The notes under the pieces: model-generated
What the model was told of the DNA's origin: nothing
What the model saw: the letters and a program-made list of their open reading frames with translations, nothing else
The model's database searches: none
Part shown: positions 9,867 to 21,300 of the stretch, piece after piece
How the letters are laid out: each line of letters begins with the position of its first letter
Position numbering within the stretch: position 1 is the first letter of the stretch
Translations under genes and position numbers: made by a program
Origin: a virus
DNA length: 64,000 nucleotides
Direction: 5' to 3' (one strand)
IMG/VR virus record: IMGVR_UViG_3300042516_004811
Span: 87,108 to 151,107 of that record

Positions 9867-10604
9867 TTACCCAAGTTTCGACTTAATTGAAATTGTTATT
9901 CTTTGCTTACCAGAAAGCATTTTTTTGCCATCAATAACTGGAGACAGGTTTCTCGCTCTTCTCTTCAGTCTTCTTCTGGCTGTGGTCCTATCGCGTTTTC
10001 CGTCATCTGAAAGAAATCTGCCCATCATTGATTCAGGCACAGATTTTTCTGCAATTTCGGAGGCAAGTAGAGAGATTGCATTATTTTTTCGTGGAACAAA
10101 TGCTGACTTAGTTGTATCGAAACCAAATTTTCCACTCTTTATGGGGGAAATGATGGACGAAATCCGCGAAGCGACCTCGAATTGTCTTGCCTTATAATCA
10201 ATTGCATTCATTTTTGACTCAACAGAAGAAAATTTTGCTATTGATAGCTCTGATGAGGGCTTGTTTTCACTTAATTCAGTGTTTGTGTGTCTATTGCTAA
10301 ACATGCGAAAGGCCTGCGATGGTTTTTCAGTAACGTAATCTTGTTTTAGTGACTTGGTTTCTATGGCGTCCGAGGCAAACGAACCAAGCATTTTTTCAAT
10401 CGATGGGGTTACGGACTTGAATCCAGTGCAAACAAACCCCTCGGGAAGAGCTATTTGCTCTATATCTGCAGATATAGAGCTTTCTGCAACTATCCGCTTC
10501 CCGTACTCCGTCAAACTCTTTGATTCAATTACACCGTCATTATCGGAAATAACAACATGAGGGGTGTTTCTGAACAAATCTTTGATTATTGCGACTTTTT
10601 TCAT
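9867..10604 (-). CDS. hypothetical head-cluster protein
   Basis: 245-aa ORF tightly packed in the operon. Confidence 0.75.
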   Translation of the reverse strand: MKKVAIIKDLFRNTPHVVISDNDGVIESKSLTEYGKRIVAESSISADIEQIALPEGFVCTGFKSVTPSIEKMLGSFASDAIETKSLKQDYVTEKPSQAFRMFSNRHTNTELSENKPSSELSIAKFSSVESKMNAIDYKARQFEVASRISSIISPIKSGKFGFDTTKSAFVPRKNNAISLLASEIAEKSVPESMMGRFLSDDGKRDRTTARRRLKRRARNLSPVIDGKKMLSGKQRITISIKSKLG

Positions 10605-10605
10605 T

Positions 10606-12648
10606 TTAGGCGCCTCTGATTATCGTGTTTAGGATGTTTTTTTGATTTCTAAGAACATCAAGTCGCTCTGTGAAAAGTTTTTCCATGATTTCCATGTGTA
10701 TCTTTTCGCCTGCAGACATTCCATATCTGTTCATATCGTTCTGGAAATTGGAAGTACTGAACTTTCTTGCCCTATTAATGAGCTGACCAATGAACTGAAT
10801 CAATAGAACCCTTTGTTCAGCCTTCAAAGTCTGGTAATACTCAGAATATGCTGGTGTCAGGCCTGATTCATAGAAGTCATTGAGTCTCAATTTCATTCTT
10901 TTGGTGATTTCTATCTTGGATAGGTCTGTCAGACCAGAAGTAGTGTTTTGTGCAAGCACTGCCCTTGTGCCATCAGGGGTATCTATTGGATAAATCGATG
11001 TTGATGGCCTATTTCTCTGGTCAGTAAGGAAATCGGCAACAATCATCCGGGCCACATCCTCGTAACCTATGTCCTGAAACTTTGCATTTGGATTAAACAC
11101 GCCACCCGGTATTGCTGCTTCAACATCCTGGCGCAAGTACGTTCTTTTATCGCCGGCTTTGCCAACAAAAAGCACGTCAGGTGAGCTAAGCCCAAGGAAC
11201 TGCTGTACGTCTGAAGCAAACCTTTCACCGAGATGTTGGAATTTTGCTGGACGCTCATACATGAAATACTTTTCTGGCCCAGATACAACTGCAGTAATGT
11301 TGTTGCCCATTTTCTGTTTCTGGATAGCGTTGGAACGCTTAATTACCTCAGAAAGAATGTCTGGGTGGATTGCAGAGAGAGAGCCACCCCCAGATAGGTG
11401 AGCCATTGCCCTGTCAATATCTTTAATAAGCTTACGCTTTGCATCAAAAGACACAGTTTCTCTTGATTCCGAGGTGGAAACATCAACTGGCTTTTTTCTT
11501 CTCTTTGAAAAAAGGAGCTCTTGTGCCCATCTGGTTGTCTTGCCAACTGGCTCGTTTGGGTTCTTTATCCCAACAAATTTTTCTGAGTACTGAATCCCGT
11601 CGCCAATTTCTTGAGAAACGTTTACCAGTCTTGCTGCTGGGTTTGTTGAGTTATTTATCTCCTGTGCAGTGTTAACTACCCGCCCAAGCTTTCTTCTTTC
11701 GCCAACAGTGAGCTTCCTTGCTTTTTCAAGCGTCAGCGAAGAACCACCAGGCAGAACATAAATAAGAGACCTTATTCCCGTATTTGAAAGAAGACCCAGC
11801 TCTTCTCCACCAATATCAGATGGAGACAATGCTGACATTATGAATGAAGCGCCTTCCATGTCCCTGTTGTCGGGTATTGCTCGCAAAACGCGGCTTGGTA
11901 CGACCGGCTCAAGAACAAATCCGTCACGTCTTACCATTCGTCTCACCCGCGTCGACGACGAAGAATTAAACTGACCAACGTCACGGATAATGTCTCTTGT
12001 TCTACCCATAGAGATTGAGCGATTTTCGTTTCCGACACGCGGAATCTGGGGGGCACGACTTTGAATGATTGAACTTGGTGCTATTCCGCCAGTTATATCC
12101 CTTCCGGACACCCTATCCGGTAGTCCAGAAGTCTGTGCTCTGCGTATTTCTCTTACTGCTGCACCAAGGACTGATGGTATGTCGAAAAGTTGTTGACCGC
12201 AAGTTGTAAACCTATTGTCTGTAAATCTTCCACCATACTGATACCCCTCGGGGCATCTGGCCGCACGGTTTTGACCAGGCAGTGAACCGCCACGACGGCC
12301 TCCACCAAAACCTGGAGTGGCTGCTCTATAAAAAGCAGAACGAACAGGCGACCTTACCGGACCTAAGTCTCCAGGAACGAGAGTGCTTCCTATCGTGCTT
12401 CCTATTTGGCGTAGTGCATTTGCCTTGAAGCTGATTTGATTGTTTCCTGTCTGACTTTTTCTTCTCTTAGTGTTGCCGTTTCTTTTTGAGAGAGCCCTGT
12501 ACTGAATTAGGGCATGGGAAAGCTGCTTTCTTCCACGTAGATGGTCCACGTTTGACTTCCCAAAAAGGTCGCCAAGTACCACTCTTGTTACAATAAGCTC
12601 GTTATTGTCGCAACATGGAAGAAGTTCATCCACAGCAGTTTTCCTCAT
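10606..12648 (-). CDS. head-cluster protein with a degenerate HipA/PI3K-like kinase domain
   Basis: GERFASDVQQFLGLSSPDV and ADFLTDQRNR resemble kinase motifs. True start may be GTG 12633. Confidence 0.6.
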   Translation of the reverse strand: MRKTAVDELLPCCDNNELIVTRVVLGDLFGKSNVDHLRGRKQLSHALIQYRALSKRNGNTKRRKSQTGNNQISFKANALRQIGSTIGSTLVPGDLGPVRSPVRSAFYRAATPGFGGGRRGGSLPGQNRAARCPEGYQYGGRFTDNRFTTCGQQLFDIPSVLGAAVREIRRAQTSGLPDRVSGRDITGGIAPSSIIQSRAPQIPRVGNENRSISMGRTRDIIRDVGQFNSSSSTRVRRMVRRDGFVLEPVVPSRVLRAIPDNRDMEGASFIMSALSPSDIGGEELGLLSNTGIRSLIYVLPGGSSLTLEKARKLTVGERRKLGRVVNTAQEINNSTNPAARLVNVSQEIGDGIQYSEKFVGIKNPNEPVGKTTRWAQELLFSKRRKKPVDVSTSESRETVSFDAKRKLIKDIDRAMAHLSGGGSLSAIHPDILSEVIKRSNAIQKQKMGNNITAVVSGPEKYFMYERPAKFQHLGERFASDVQQFLGLSSPDVLFVGKAGDKRTYLRQDVEAAIPGGVFNPNAKFQDIGYEDVARMIVADFLTDQRNRPSTSIYPIDTPDGTRAVLAQNTTSGLTDLSKIEITKRMKLRLNDFYESGLTPAYSEYYQTLKAEQRVLLIQFIGQLINRARKFSTSNFQNDMNRYGMSAGEKIHMEIMEKLFTERLDVLRNQKNILNTIIRGA

Positions 12649-13279
12649 CCGATTTTGAACTAATGAACGCAGAATAAACCTTTGTTCCAGATTCGTTTTC
12701 GCCTTCTATTTGCCAATTTTTATCGTCACCGATAAACTTGATAAAATCTGGCTCCATGTCGGCAAATTCCGACAAGACCTTCATCGCGTACTCAATGTCA
12801 CCTTCTGTTACGACCTGGTTTAGACCCTTTTCCTCAGTGGCAAACTCCCTGTCGTAAAAGAACATGTCCAACTCTTCAATGGAGTCACTCTTTTTAAGAT
12901 TTCTAACCACATTCTTTGGTTTCTTGCCAGCGAGAGACTGAGAAAACTGCGCATCAGTCCAGTTTGTTAACTTGCGAAGCTTTTTTCTGCAGTTTTTCAT
13001 GCCCGGATGATGACATCCTTCGTTTGGCCATAAACCAGTTGTCTCATGGTGCAGCCAGGCGCATATATTGCTAAGTGGATAAAGCTCTGGATGGTTTGCA
13101 AGAATCACTCGACATCTTCTGAATCCACCAGGCTTCTTCATGATTGGTCGCCAATACCTAAGTAGGCGCTCAAGATTGCCTCTTCTGGGGCCGTACCCCC
13201 TAAGTATGTCACCAGTGACCAGTTCCTGTGGCAGTATGCCGCCAAGCGGGTCGGCCTTAATCTGCTCATTGTCAAGCAT
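12626..13279 (-). CDS. hypothetical head-cluster protein (GNxERLxRYW...CAWLH...GxWP)
   Basis: 217-aa ORF overlapping both neighbours. Confidence 0.75.
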   Translation of the reverse strand: MLDNEQIKADPLGGILPQELVTGDILRGYGPRRGNLERLLRYWRPIMKKPGGFRRCRVILANHPELYPLSNICAWLHHETTGLWPNEGCHHPGMKNCRKKLRKLTNWTDAQFSQSLAGKKPKNVVRNLKKSDSIEELDMFFYDREFATEEKGLNQVVTEGDIEYAMKVLSEFADMEPDFIKFIGDDKNWQIEGENESGTKVYSAFISSKSDEENCCG

Positions 13280-13784
13280 TATCGCTCTCCTCTATTTTTC
13301 GGAGCAGGTGCATGGCGAGCCATGCGTCTTTCCGCTCCTGCTTCGTATTGAATACTCGTTTTGGCTTATCAAACTTTACCACTGGCCCATTAGCCGATTT
13401 GCTCAAAATTTGATTCGCTAAACCACTGGATGAAAATTCAAGAGATTTCTCATTAATCTTGTCAATCTTCTTGCGGTCTTTTCCAAGAGCAGAATAAACA
13501 GGCAACCCGGCAAGCATCTTCTCATCCACTTCTTTTTCCTTTGAGATGAATGTTTCATACCAGCTACCGGAAGACATGTTTCTTGGGGCATCCCATAGTT
13601 TTCTATGGAATGGCGATGTCCTTATTTTCTTTAAACTGCGAGCACTTGAGGAAAAGGACATAAAGTCAATCCTCACAACAGTTCCATCTTCTCTCTCAAT
13701 TGCGCCATCTTTGTCATTGACCGTGGCGTCGATTATGTAGTAAAGCTTGTCGTCTCCAACGGTCCCTACAAGTGCTGCTTTCAT
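13272..13784 (-). CDS. hypothetical protein
   Basis: 170-aa ORF with start/stop overlaps on both sides. Confidence 0.75.
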   Translation of the reverse strand: MKAALVGTVGDDKLYYIIDATVNDKDGAIEREDGTVVRIDFMSFSSSARSLKKIRTSPFHRKLWDAPRNMSSGSWYETFISKEKEVDEKMLAGLPVYSALGKDRKKIDKINEKSLEFSSSGLANQILSKSANGPVVKFDKPKRVFNTKQERKDAWLAMHLLRKIEESDNA

Positions 13785-15298
13785 AGCTTGCCGCCTCGTC
13801 TTGAAATAAGTGAAGGTTTTTCACTGCTTCTTATTTCCTTCATGAGCTTCTTGCCCATCTCGGCTATCTCTATCTCTATGTTTTCTTTCAAAACCTCTTC
13901 AACATCTTGTCCTGGCCTCGCAGCTTTAGAGTGGCTTAGTGGGTTAAAGATATTTATGCCAGATGGGTGAGCAATCATTAATTTGTTTATGCCTGACTCC
14001 TGGTACTTGTCTCGCATCTTTACGGCAAGCCTGTAGGAGCGAAGCATGTCCATACTTTCGGTGTTTGTGCGTGAAGTCATCCCCGTAGAAGACATGTACT
14101 CAATTTCTTCAATAGTAAATCCGTTCTTAACAAGGGTGTTGTTAATAAATGATTCGTTAACAACATCGCTTATATCCTGATTGGCGGCCATTTTCTGCAA
14201 CTTGGTGAACGGGTAGTTAATTTGCTCAATTTCATCTATGTCAAATCCACCAAGCACATGTGCTTCAAGCGGTTTATGGGTTCTTTTCTCTGAATCAAAT
14301 TGCCCAGAGCGCCTCATTGAGCCAGACTCATCGAGTGAGCTGTTGACGTCTGCAAAATCCTTATCAATACTTGCCGCAAGCAGATTAAGCATTGTCTCCA
14401 TTGACTCTATTTTTCCGTTTGAGCCATCTAGATTAGATAGGGCGTCAGATACATCTTCTTTATTTGTTGAGTTAAGGCGAACAGGCTTATTGCCATTTTT
14501 CACCCCATTACCCATTCCGTATGACACTCTTCCTGATACGCCGGGCTTTAGCACAACCTCTATTTCCCCATGGGCGGTCAATCCATCACCGAGAATATCT
14601 TCGTCACCTAATTCAAATATCGCATCTGACTCAACGTTGCCAATACCTGAAGACATTGCGAGCTGTCTTTTCTTTTTGATTTGGTCCTCGTGAATTACGT
14701 ACCCAGAGACCGGCATTAGCTCGTCAGGTACATCCTGACCAAGACCAACGCTTGCGTAATAATCCCTAGCAATGTCCGATGCCGCTCTTTCTACGGTTTC
14801 TCCACCTAAAGGTTTTTGCTCACTGGTTGCACTTCTATTGCGGTTTCCGCCCGAACCTATCGTTCTGCCATTTATAACCTTTGGGGCGAGAAGACCAATT
14901 CCTGACTCCGTAACAGCATCTGCTGCCTGATTAAATAATCGGGTTATTCGCACCGAATTATTTCTGTTGGTTTTGTGCTTCTTTTCTATCGCGGAAATCA
15001 TTGATTCAACTTCGATGTCACCAACAAGCCCCATATCACCGAGTCTTGAGACTGCAGCAATTGCATAATCCGGCCCAATGTCCGTAGCTACAGACGTAGC
15101 CGCTTTCATATACCCCGAGTCTCTGTCACGAGAAACAACTGAACGAAGCTCCCAAATGGTTTTTTTAATATTGTCTGATTCCTGCTTGCTGGCACCAGAA
15201 CGAGAAACAGCGGCAGAAATAAATCTATTTGCCCGAGCCTTTTCTGACTTCGTTATATTTCTTGCGCTAAATCCGCGCTGATTGTTGTTACTTGTCAT
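13781..15298 (-). CDS. protein with a divergent DUF3626-like domain
   Basis: PVSGY...HGEIEVVLK...RVSYGMGN...LEAHVLGGFDIDEI. Confidence 0.55.
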   Translation of the reverse strand: MTSNNNQRGFSARNITKSEKARANRFISAAVSRSGASKQESDNIKKTIWELRSVVSRDRDSGYMKAATSVATDIGPDYAIAAVSRLGDMGLVGDIEVESMISAIEKKHKTNRNNSVRITRLFNQAADAVTESGIGLLAPKVINGRTIGSGGNRNRSATSEQKPLGGETVERAASDIARDYYASVGLGQDVPDELMPVSGYVIHEDQIKKKRQLAMSSGIGNVESDAIFELGDEDILGDGLTAHGEIEVVLKPGVSGRVSYGMGNGVKNGNKPVRLNSTNKEDVSDALSNLDGSNGKIESMETMLNLLAASIDKDFADVNSSLDESGSMRRSGQFDSEKRTHKPLEAHVLGGFDIDEIEQINYPFTKLQKMAANQDISDVVNESFINNTLVKNGFTIEEIEYMSSTGMTSRTNTESMDMLRSYRLAVKMRDKYQESGINKLMIAHPSGINIFNPLSHSKAARPGQDVEEVLKENIEIEIAEMGKKLMKEIRSSEKPSLISRRGGKL

Positions 15299-15315
15299 TT
15301 AAATCATCCACCCAA

Positions 15316-18300
15316 CTAAACAACACTTCTTGTTGTTTCAGATAGTGAGTTGTTTGCCCCAGACCATCTATCTTGATGCATTAAACGCAGAAGAGCATTT
15401 CGACTTAAGTTAGCAAATATTCCAGGAGTAACAGGGAATGACATACCATCATGTTTTCTTGTTTTTTCAAAGTGTGCATTATCTGAGTGTGAGTGCATTT
15501 TATTCTCAACGTCAAGCTGGGCAGCTATTCCACTTATTCTCTGGTCGGCATCGAGGCCAACAGAGTCTGTGCCTCCATACATCCTGACATCAGGACTCAT
15601 TCCCATGCTTTCAAGCTCAGTATGAACCTTGCCCCATGGGTCGGTTTCACCCTTTTCTAGTTTGAGTGTCCTAACTGCAGACGCAGGAAGTTTGAGTGGC
15701 TCCCCCGGTGGTGGCGTTAAATATGTATCAACTCCGTAAAGGTTGTCGAGTGCTCCAGGGTTGGCCGCAATAACGTCCTTTAACGGAATCATTATTACAT
15801 TGCTTGCTTCTGGGGTCTCTCTTTGCTGATGTCCGGAAACCCTGTGGTTAATAGAAAAATGTATTGTTCCCCTATATGTATCCCACGGTCTACCATTGTC
15901 ATCGAGTAGCGGTTGACCATTTTCATCAAGCATTGGGTAGTCGCCTGTTGGTCTTATAACTAAATTACCATCACTGTCGTACTGTGGTTCATATGTAGTT
16001 TCGTGGACGAGATACAGGTCGTCTACTGACAGGCCACTAAAGCCGTTGGACCGAGAGGGGCGTGCTCTTCTTTGTATTTCTTCTTCTGAAGCGTCTGGCA
16101 ATGCCCTTCTAAGTTCACTTAGGGTCTTCTCTCTTGCGGCAGCTTCCCTATCGATTGTTTCCTGTCGTAATTGGGCTATGTTTTTGCGACTTGCGTCAAC
16201 TGTCTTCTGTCCGGCCTCGGCAAGGTCATCAAGTCTCTTTTGTGCGTCAGTGTCACCGCGCGTTGCTGCATAAAGTATTGAACTTGCTTCTGTTTTTGAA
16301 TCATTACCTTCTTCATTAAGTCCAATTCCGGCAAGTGTCCACTTAATGGCCAACTCCCGGCCCTCGTCAGATGTCTCGTCAAGCCCAGAAATAACAAATG
16401 GGTTAATTGGTAAAACTTCAACATCAGATATATCTGATTCCCATGACTGTTCATTGGGAACACCGAAGGCGACACGCTTTCCGCCTATCTCGTAAACTTC
16501 TATTTGGTCACGCCAATTTTCCCCGAGAGAGATTGAAGCACGACTGCTCTTTATTTTGGAAGTTTGTGGGGATATCGAGCCAGGCTTAAGTGTTCTCTCC
16601 ACCCTTCCGCTAGAGAGGGTCACTCGTGGTTCGCCGCGAAGAACCGGCACTGGCGGTAGCCCGATGGGAGGCCCAGTTTCGCCCGCGTCGTTGATTGCCT
16701 CAACACCAGTTATTCTGTCTCGCATTTCGCGCACTCGTTCTGCGCTTGCATCTCGTAAGCGCCTTGCTCTGCGTCCAGCAGATTCACGCGCTGTAGCTAT
16801 TCTTTCCCTGTTTTCTGGTGTATCAACCATCCTGCGCGCGCCCCTTGCTGCAGAAACTGCGGCATCCTTGAGCGGTTCGGGCAGCCCCTCTGGGGCAACT
16901 CTATTCATTCTCTTAAGAATCATCTTTGCTTGTTCATCGTTGATTCTGTCGTCTTCCTTAAGTTTTTCAACAACAAACTCTGCTAGGTCTCTGCTTCCTC
17001 TTCTGGCTAGTTCCATTCCAAGTTTCGTGAGTGCAGCTTGAGGACCAAAACGCATCGCTGCGGCCGTATCAACGACAAGCTCCATGACTTCTTTCTCTTC
17101 ATCATCGAGGCCCATTCGTTCAGCTATCTGATTCATCGCCCTGCCCTTTAGGCGCTCACCGATGCCCTTTTTGACTGCCCCACTGCTAAGGGATTCGCTT
17201 TGCATGGCTCTTCTGAAGCCGTCTTCTCTTGTGCCAGATGAGTTGCGTCTCAGTATTCTTTCTATGCGTCTTGAAGCAACTGGAGAATCGTCAGAGCTTG
17301 ATGCGAGTGGTGAACGAACCGTTCCAGTTATGAGCATTTCATCAACTTCTGATTCCCTCATTCTCACATGGGCGCGCCTATCTAGGCCAGAATGCATTCT
17401 GTATGCGGTTTCCTCGATTAGTGAATGAAGTTCTTCATCTGGAAGGTTCATAATTAATTCGGCAACACGTGGGTCAATATTTTCCTTTGATAGTTCTGGG
17501 AATTCTTTTGAGCCTTTGCCTGAAAGTATGTTTCTTATTTCCTTAGCGTTGCTGGAGATTTTACTGCGTCGAGACTCGGTTCTCTGTGCTCTTGTTTGTT
17601 TTGGACCATATATTGAACGTCCGGATGACAATGATTCGCTTGCGCCCTGAAGGTCAACATCATCTATACCTTCACCAAAGCTTGAGCCAGCATCAACTAC
17701 CTGTTCATTGATGGATGAGTTTGTCTCTGCTATCTGTTTATCGCTGTCGTTTCTAGGGGAATCTATATCTCTGCTTTCCCGGCGTGCAGTCACATATTCA
17801 TTGACAACCTTGCCAACCCTATTGGATGCACCTTTTCGCCAAATTGCGTCATCAGTGCCGTTAGAAAGAGAATCCCTCAATGACTCGGCAGCCTCAACTG
17901 CATTCTTCTGAGATGAAACCTCCATGTAGATTGTTCCATCGTCACCACGAGACACAACACGCAAAGAGCCGGGAGGTAGAATGAATCTGCTCTCCCCATC
18001 TTCTCCAGGAGACGAGAATATTCCCTTGTCTCCCTCCTTCAGAGAAATTACAACGCGCTTCTTCTTCTTGCCTTCGGGGGCATCAGATTCTTGCTGTCTT
18101 GTCAGCTTCGTTGGTCTACGGCCCTTGGGCATAAGCCTGCCCGTAACGAGGCTGTCTATCTGAACATCTTTTCCAACAGAGCGGCCGGAAACCTTACCAG
18201 ACTCAACTTCTACGATTGCCTCAATCTCGAAAGGCTCTGTTATGGAGGTGGCATCTATCGCCTCCATTGTTGGAATCAAAACATTCTGCACTTGCCTATC

Positions 18301-21300
18301 AAGGGGGGCTTCAGAAGATGAATTTTCATCTACCTCAAGACCAAGCCTTGCAAGGCGAGCGTTGCGACGATTTATTGCACGACCAGCGGAAACTTGTTTC
18401 TGTGGGTCCAAAACATTAGAGATATCCACGTCTTCACCAGTACCAATCTGGCGAATGGCTTCACGTTGACGTGGCGTAAGTCGTCTTGATTGACTCGCCC
18501 TACGAGACTTAACAAATGAATCAGCATCCGCTTTCGATTTGAATTTTCTAGTTGGTTTTGGTTTAGGGCTGTTTAGGGCTTCAATTTTTTCATCGATTTC
18601 TTTACTAATTCTCGACCTGCTGCGTTTATCTCCACCAGCCCTAAGTTTTTCAATCATGGCATTCTTCATGGTGTCGAATTCTTCAGCTAGTTCTACTGAT
18701 TTGTCGACATCATCAGAATTTGCCTTCATCAGAACTTGGGTGTCGGCCATTTTTCTGATGGCTTTTTTATCATCGATTTGTGTTATGTCTTCAGAAATAG
18801 CATCAAGCTGTCTTGCTCTTGCATTTTTAGCAGCTTCCGATGGACTAAGTAGGCCGCGAGACTCCCTTAGTGACCCTACTTCTGCGTCAAATCTTGCGTT
18901 TTCCGAACGAGCACCAATTCCATACTTCTTTTTCCATTCACGACGTGCATCGTCGTACTTCTTCTCATGGAATTGAGCCTCTTCTATGGCTATATCAAGA
19001 AGCTCTTGTCTGGCTCTTGTTGCAGCATCTGTTTCTTCCGGTGTTAAGCCAGATGGGATTTCCGACTTTTCTATTTCATCCAGACTTTCTTTAGCGATAG
19101 TGTAATCTGTCGCTATTTCTGTAGCAACATCAAACATCTCCTCCTGAGTGAGTCCCGAATAGTCACTTCTGAAAGCTTTTAGAGTTTCTCTCCTGTCGGC
19201 AACCCTACGGACTAGCGCTTCTTCTGCCATTGCGTCTAGTTCTTCTGGCGTTATTCCAGGAAGAACGTCTGCTGTTGGTGAATCAATGTCTGGAGAATCA
19301 ACCTCATCCAGGTCATATGTTGCGCTTGCGATTGCTGCCGAAGTTTCAGCTCTCTTTGCCATGATGTCATCCATGAACTCCAGAACCGAGTCGACGTCAT
19401 CGCCGCTTATAAGTTTTTGTTCCCTCAGCGCATAAAGTTCAGCAAGGGCTTCTAGCGCCCATATTTCGCTTCCCTTTTCATATTCTCTTGGATATGCGCC
19501 AGAGAACTGAGCAACACCCTCTAGGCGGCTCATCACATCACCAAGTTCTTTAAGGTTTATCCCGTCAGCTGTTTGTGTCATCATGTTCATGATGTCGCCA
19601 GCGCTTAAGTCGTAAAGGCTATTTATCTTTTTCTGCCCTAGATAGTCGCCGCGCTTAGAGAACTGCGGAACCTCAAGCATTCCGGCTTTTGCTCTGCGGT
19701 CAATCTCCTCCATGAATCCCTGAGCCTGGACCAAGTGGGCAAATTCGTGTATCCCTATGTGTCTCGTGAATGATTTTGGACCATCTACGAGTCCAGCCAT
19801 GTGGCGAGCCGCAAGGTCAGCGTTTAGCATAAAATGTGAAAGAGCCATCTGAGATTCGGCGTCTGTTCTTCCGCCAATGGCAGCTATTGACAGGCGCTGG
19901 CCAGCACCCATGTTTGGAAGCATGGTTTCCTGGTTGCTCATAATCATGTCCATGTTGAAGTCGATTACCCCACGCATTTCCCCGGGTATTTTGACTTTTC
20001 TTGTTTTCCCAGTAACAGGGTCAGTCATGTCGATAATTTGAGCAGCATCGCGCATTAGTGATGTTCCGGCCTCGTGGTTCGAGTCCGAGTCGTACATGAT
20101 TGTTCCAAGAAACTTTGCTGCAGATGGGTTTCTCTTGAACTGAACTAGCAGGGACTCAAGGAATGCTCTTTCGGTTTCGTAATATCTTGCAGTATCAGCC
20201 TTGACCATGAGGTCTTGTTCTTCTTTTGAGAGTGAAGTCCATCCCTGAACGGCCTGTAGGCGGGCTGTGACAAACTGCTCGACTTGTTGTGGTGTCAGTC
20301 TTGGCTGGTCTACTCCGTTTGCGTTGACAAGGTTTACATCCCATCCGCGTGGGTCGCCATTATTAGCCATCTGTCGCAGTGTGTCAAATGCTTGACCAAG
20401 GTCTTCATTCGTGGCTCTCGCCTCATCACTTATGTCGACACCAAGGTCATCCAGTAGACTGAGAACTTCAGCATCAGCTCGCGCAATTTCATCTTGCGCG
20501 TTAATCATCCCATTAGTTGTTACGCGGAGATTTTCTGGGCCATCAACGTCACGCCAGTCAGGTGTTTCTATTCTTTCGCCAGTTGCTGCGTCATACCATG
20601 GACTGCGACCAATTCTTGCTGGGTCAGCATCAGCTAAGTCACGAAACCATCTTCCGTTGTAAACAAAGTCAAGTACATTTCGTGCACTGTTTCTAAGTCC
20701 CTGCATTTCTCCTTGGTTGGAGAGTTCTGCGGCCTGGCGAGCAGCAAATCTTGCGAATCTACTAGCACTGAACCCAAAGCAGTTTGAGCCCATGGCGTCC
20801 GTAAACTGGTTAGCTGCTGGCGTTCCTGGAGGACACCTAAACTTATTATTTTCATCTCTAAGTATTCCAACTGCTGCAGCTGCCCTTGCTAGCAATGAAC
20901 CGCCAGGAACTCGCGCACCAAGATTGGGTCCTAATGATTTTTCTTCTACGTTTTTGCCCTTGTTGAGCCTTCTTCTGCGTTCCTCCATTGTCATGCCTGT
21001 TGACATTGCAAATGGGTCGACAATTTTTTCAGAAGATGTGTCAACTTCGTCAGTCTTAGGGTTTACATCAAACTTAGATATTTTTATGTGTGGTTTATTT
21101 CGCAGCTTATTCAGCAGCTTGTCAAACGAATCAACTTCGCGTTCCTTTTCTGGAATCCAGCCAAAATTAGGCTCGATATCCATTCCGCGAATGCTCTCAA
21201 TTGTTGGCGATAGAACAAGCTTTGAGCCCGGTTCCCATCTGGCTTCTGGTTTCCACCTATACCCGTATGCGTTTTTTTCAACACCGGGCATTGATTCCCC

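Noticed and set aside
21271-21279. In-frame A AAA AAC heptamer early in the 2070-aa gene
   Set aside because: No domain boundary or other support. Such heptamers arise by chance in long genes.
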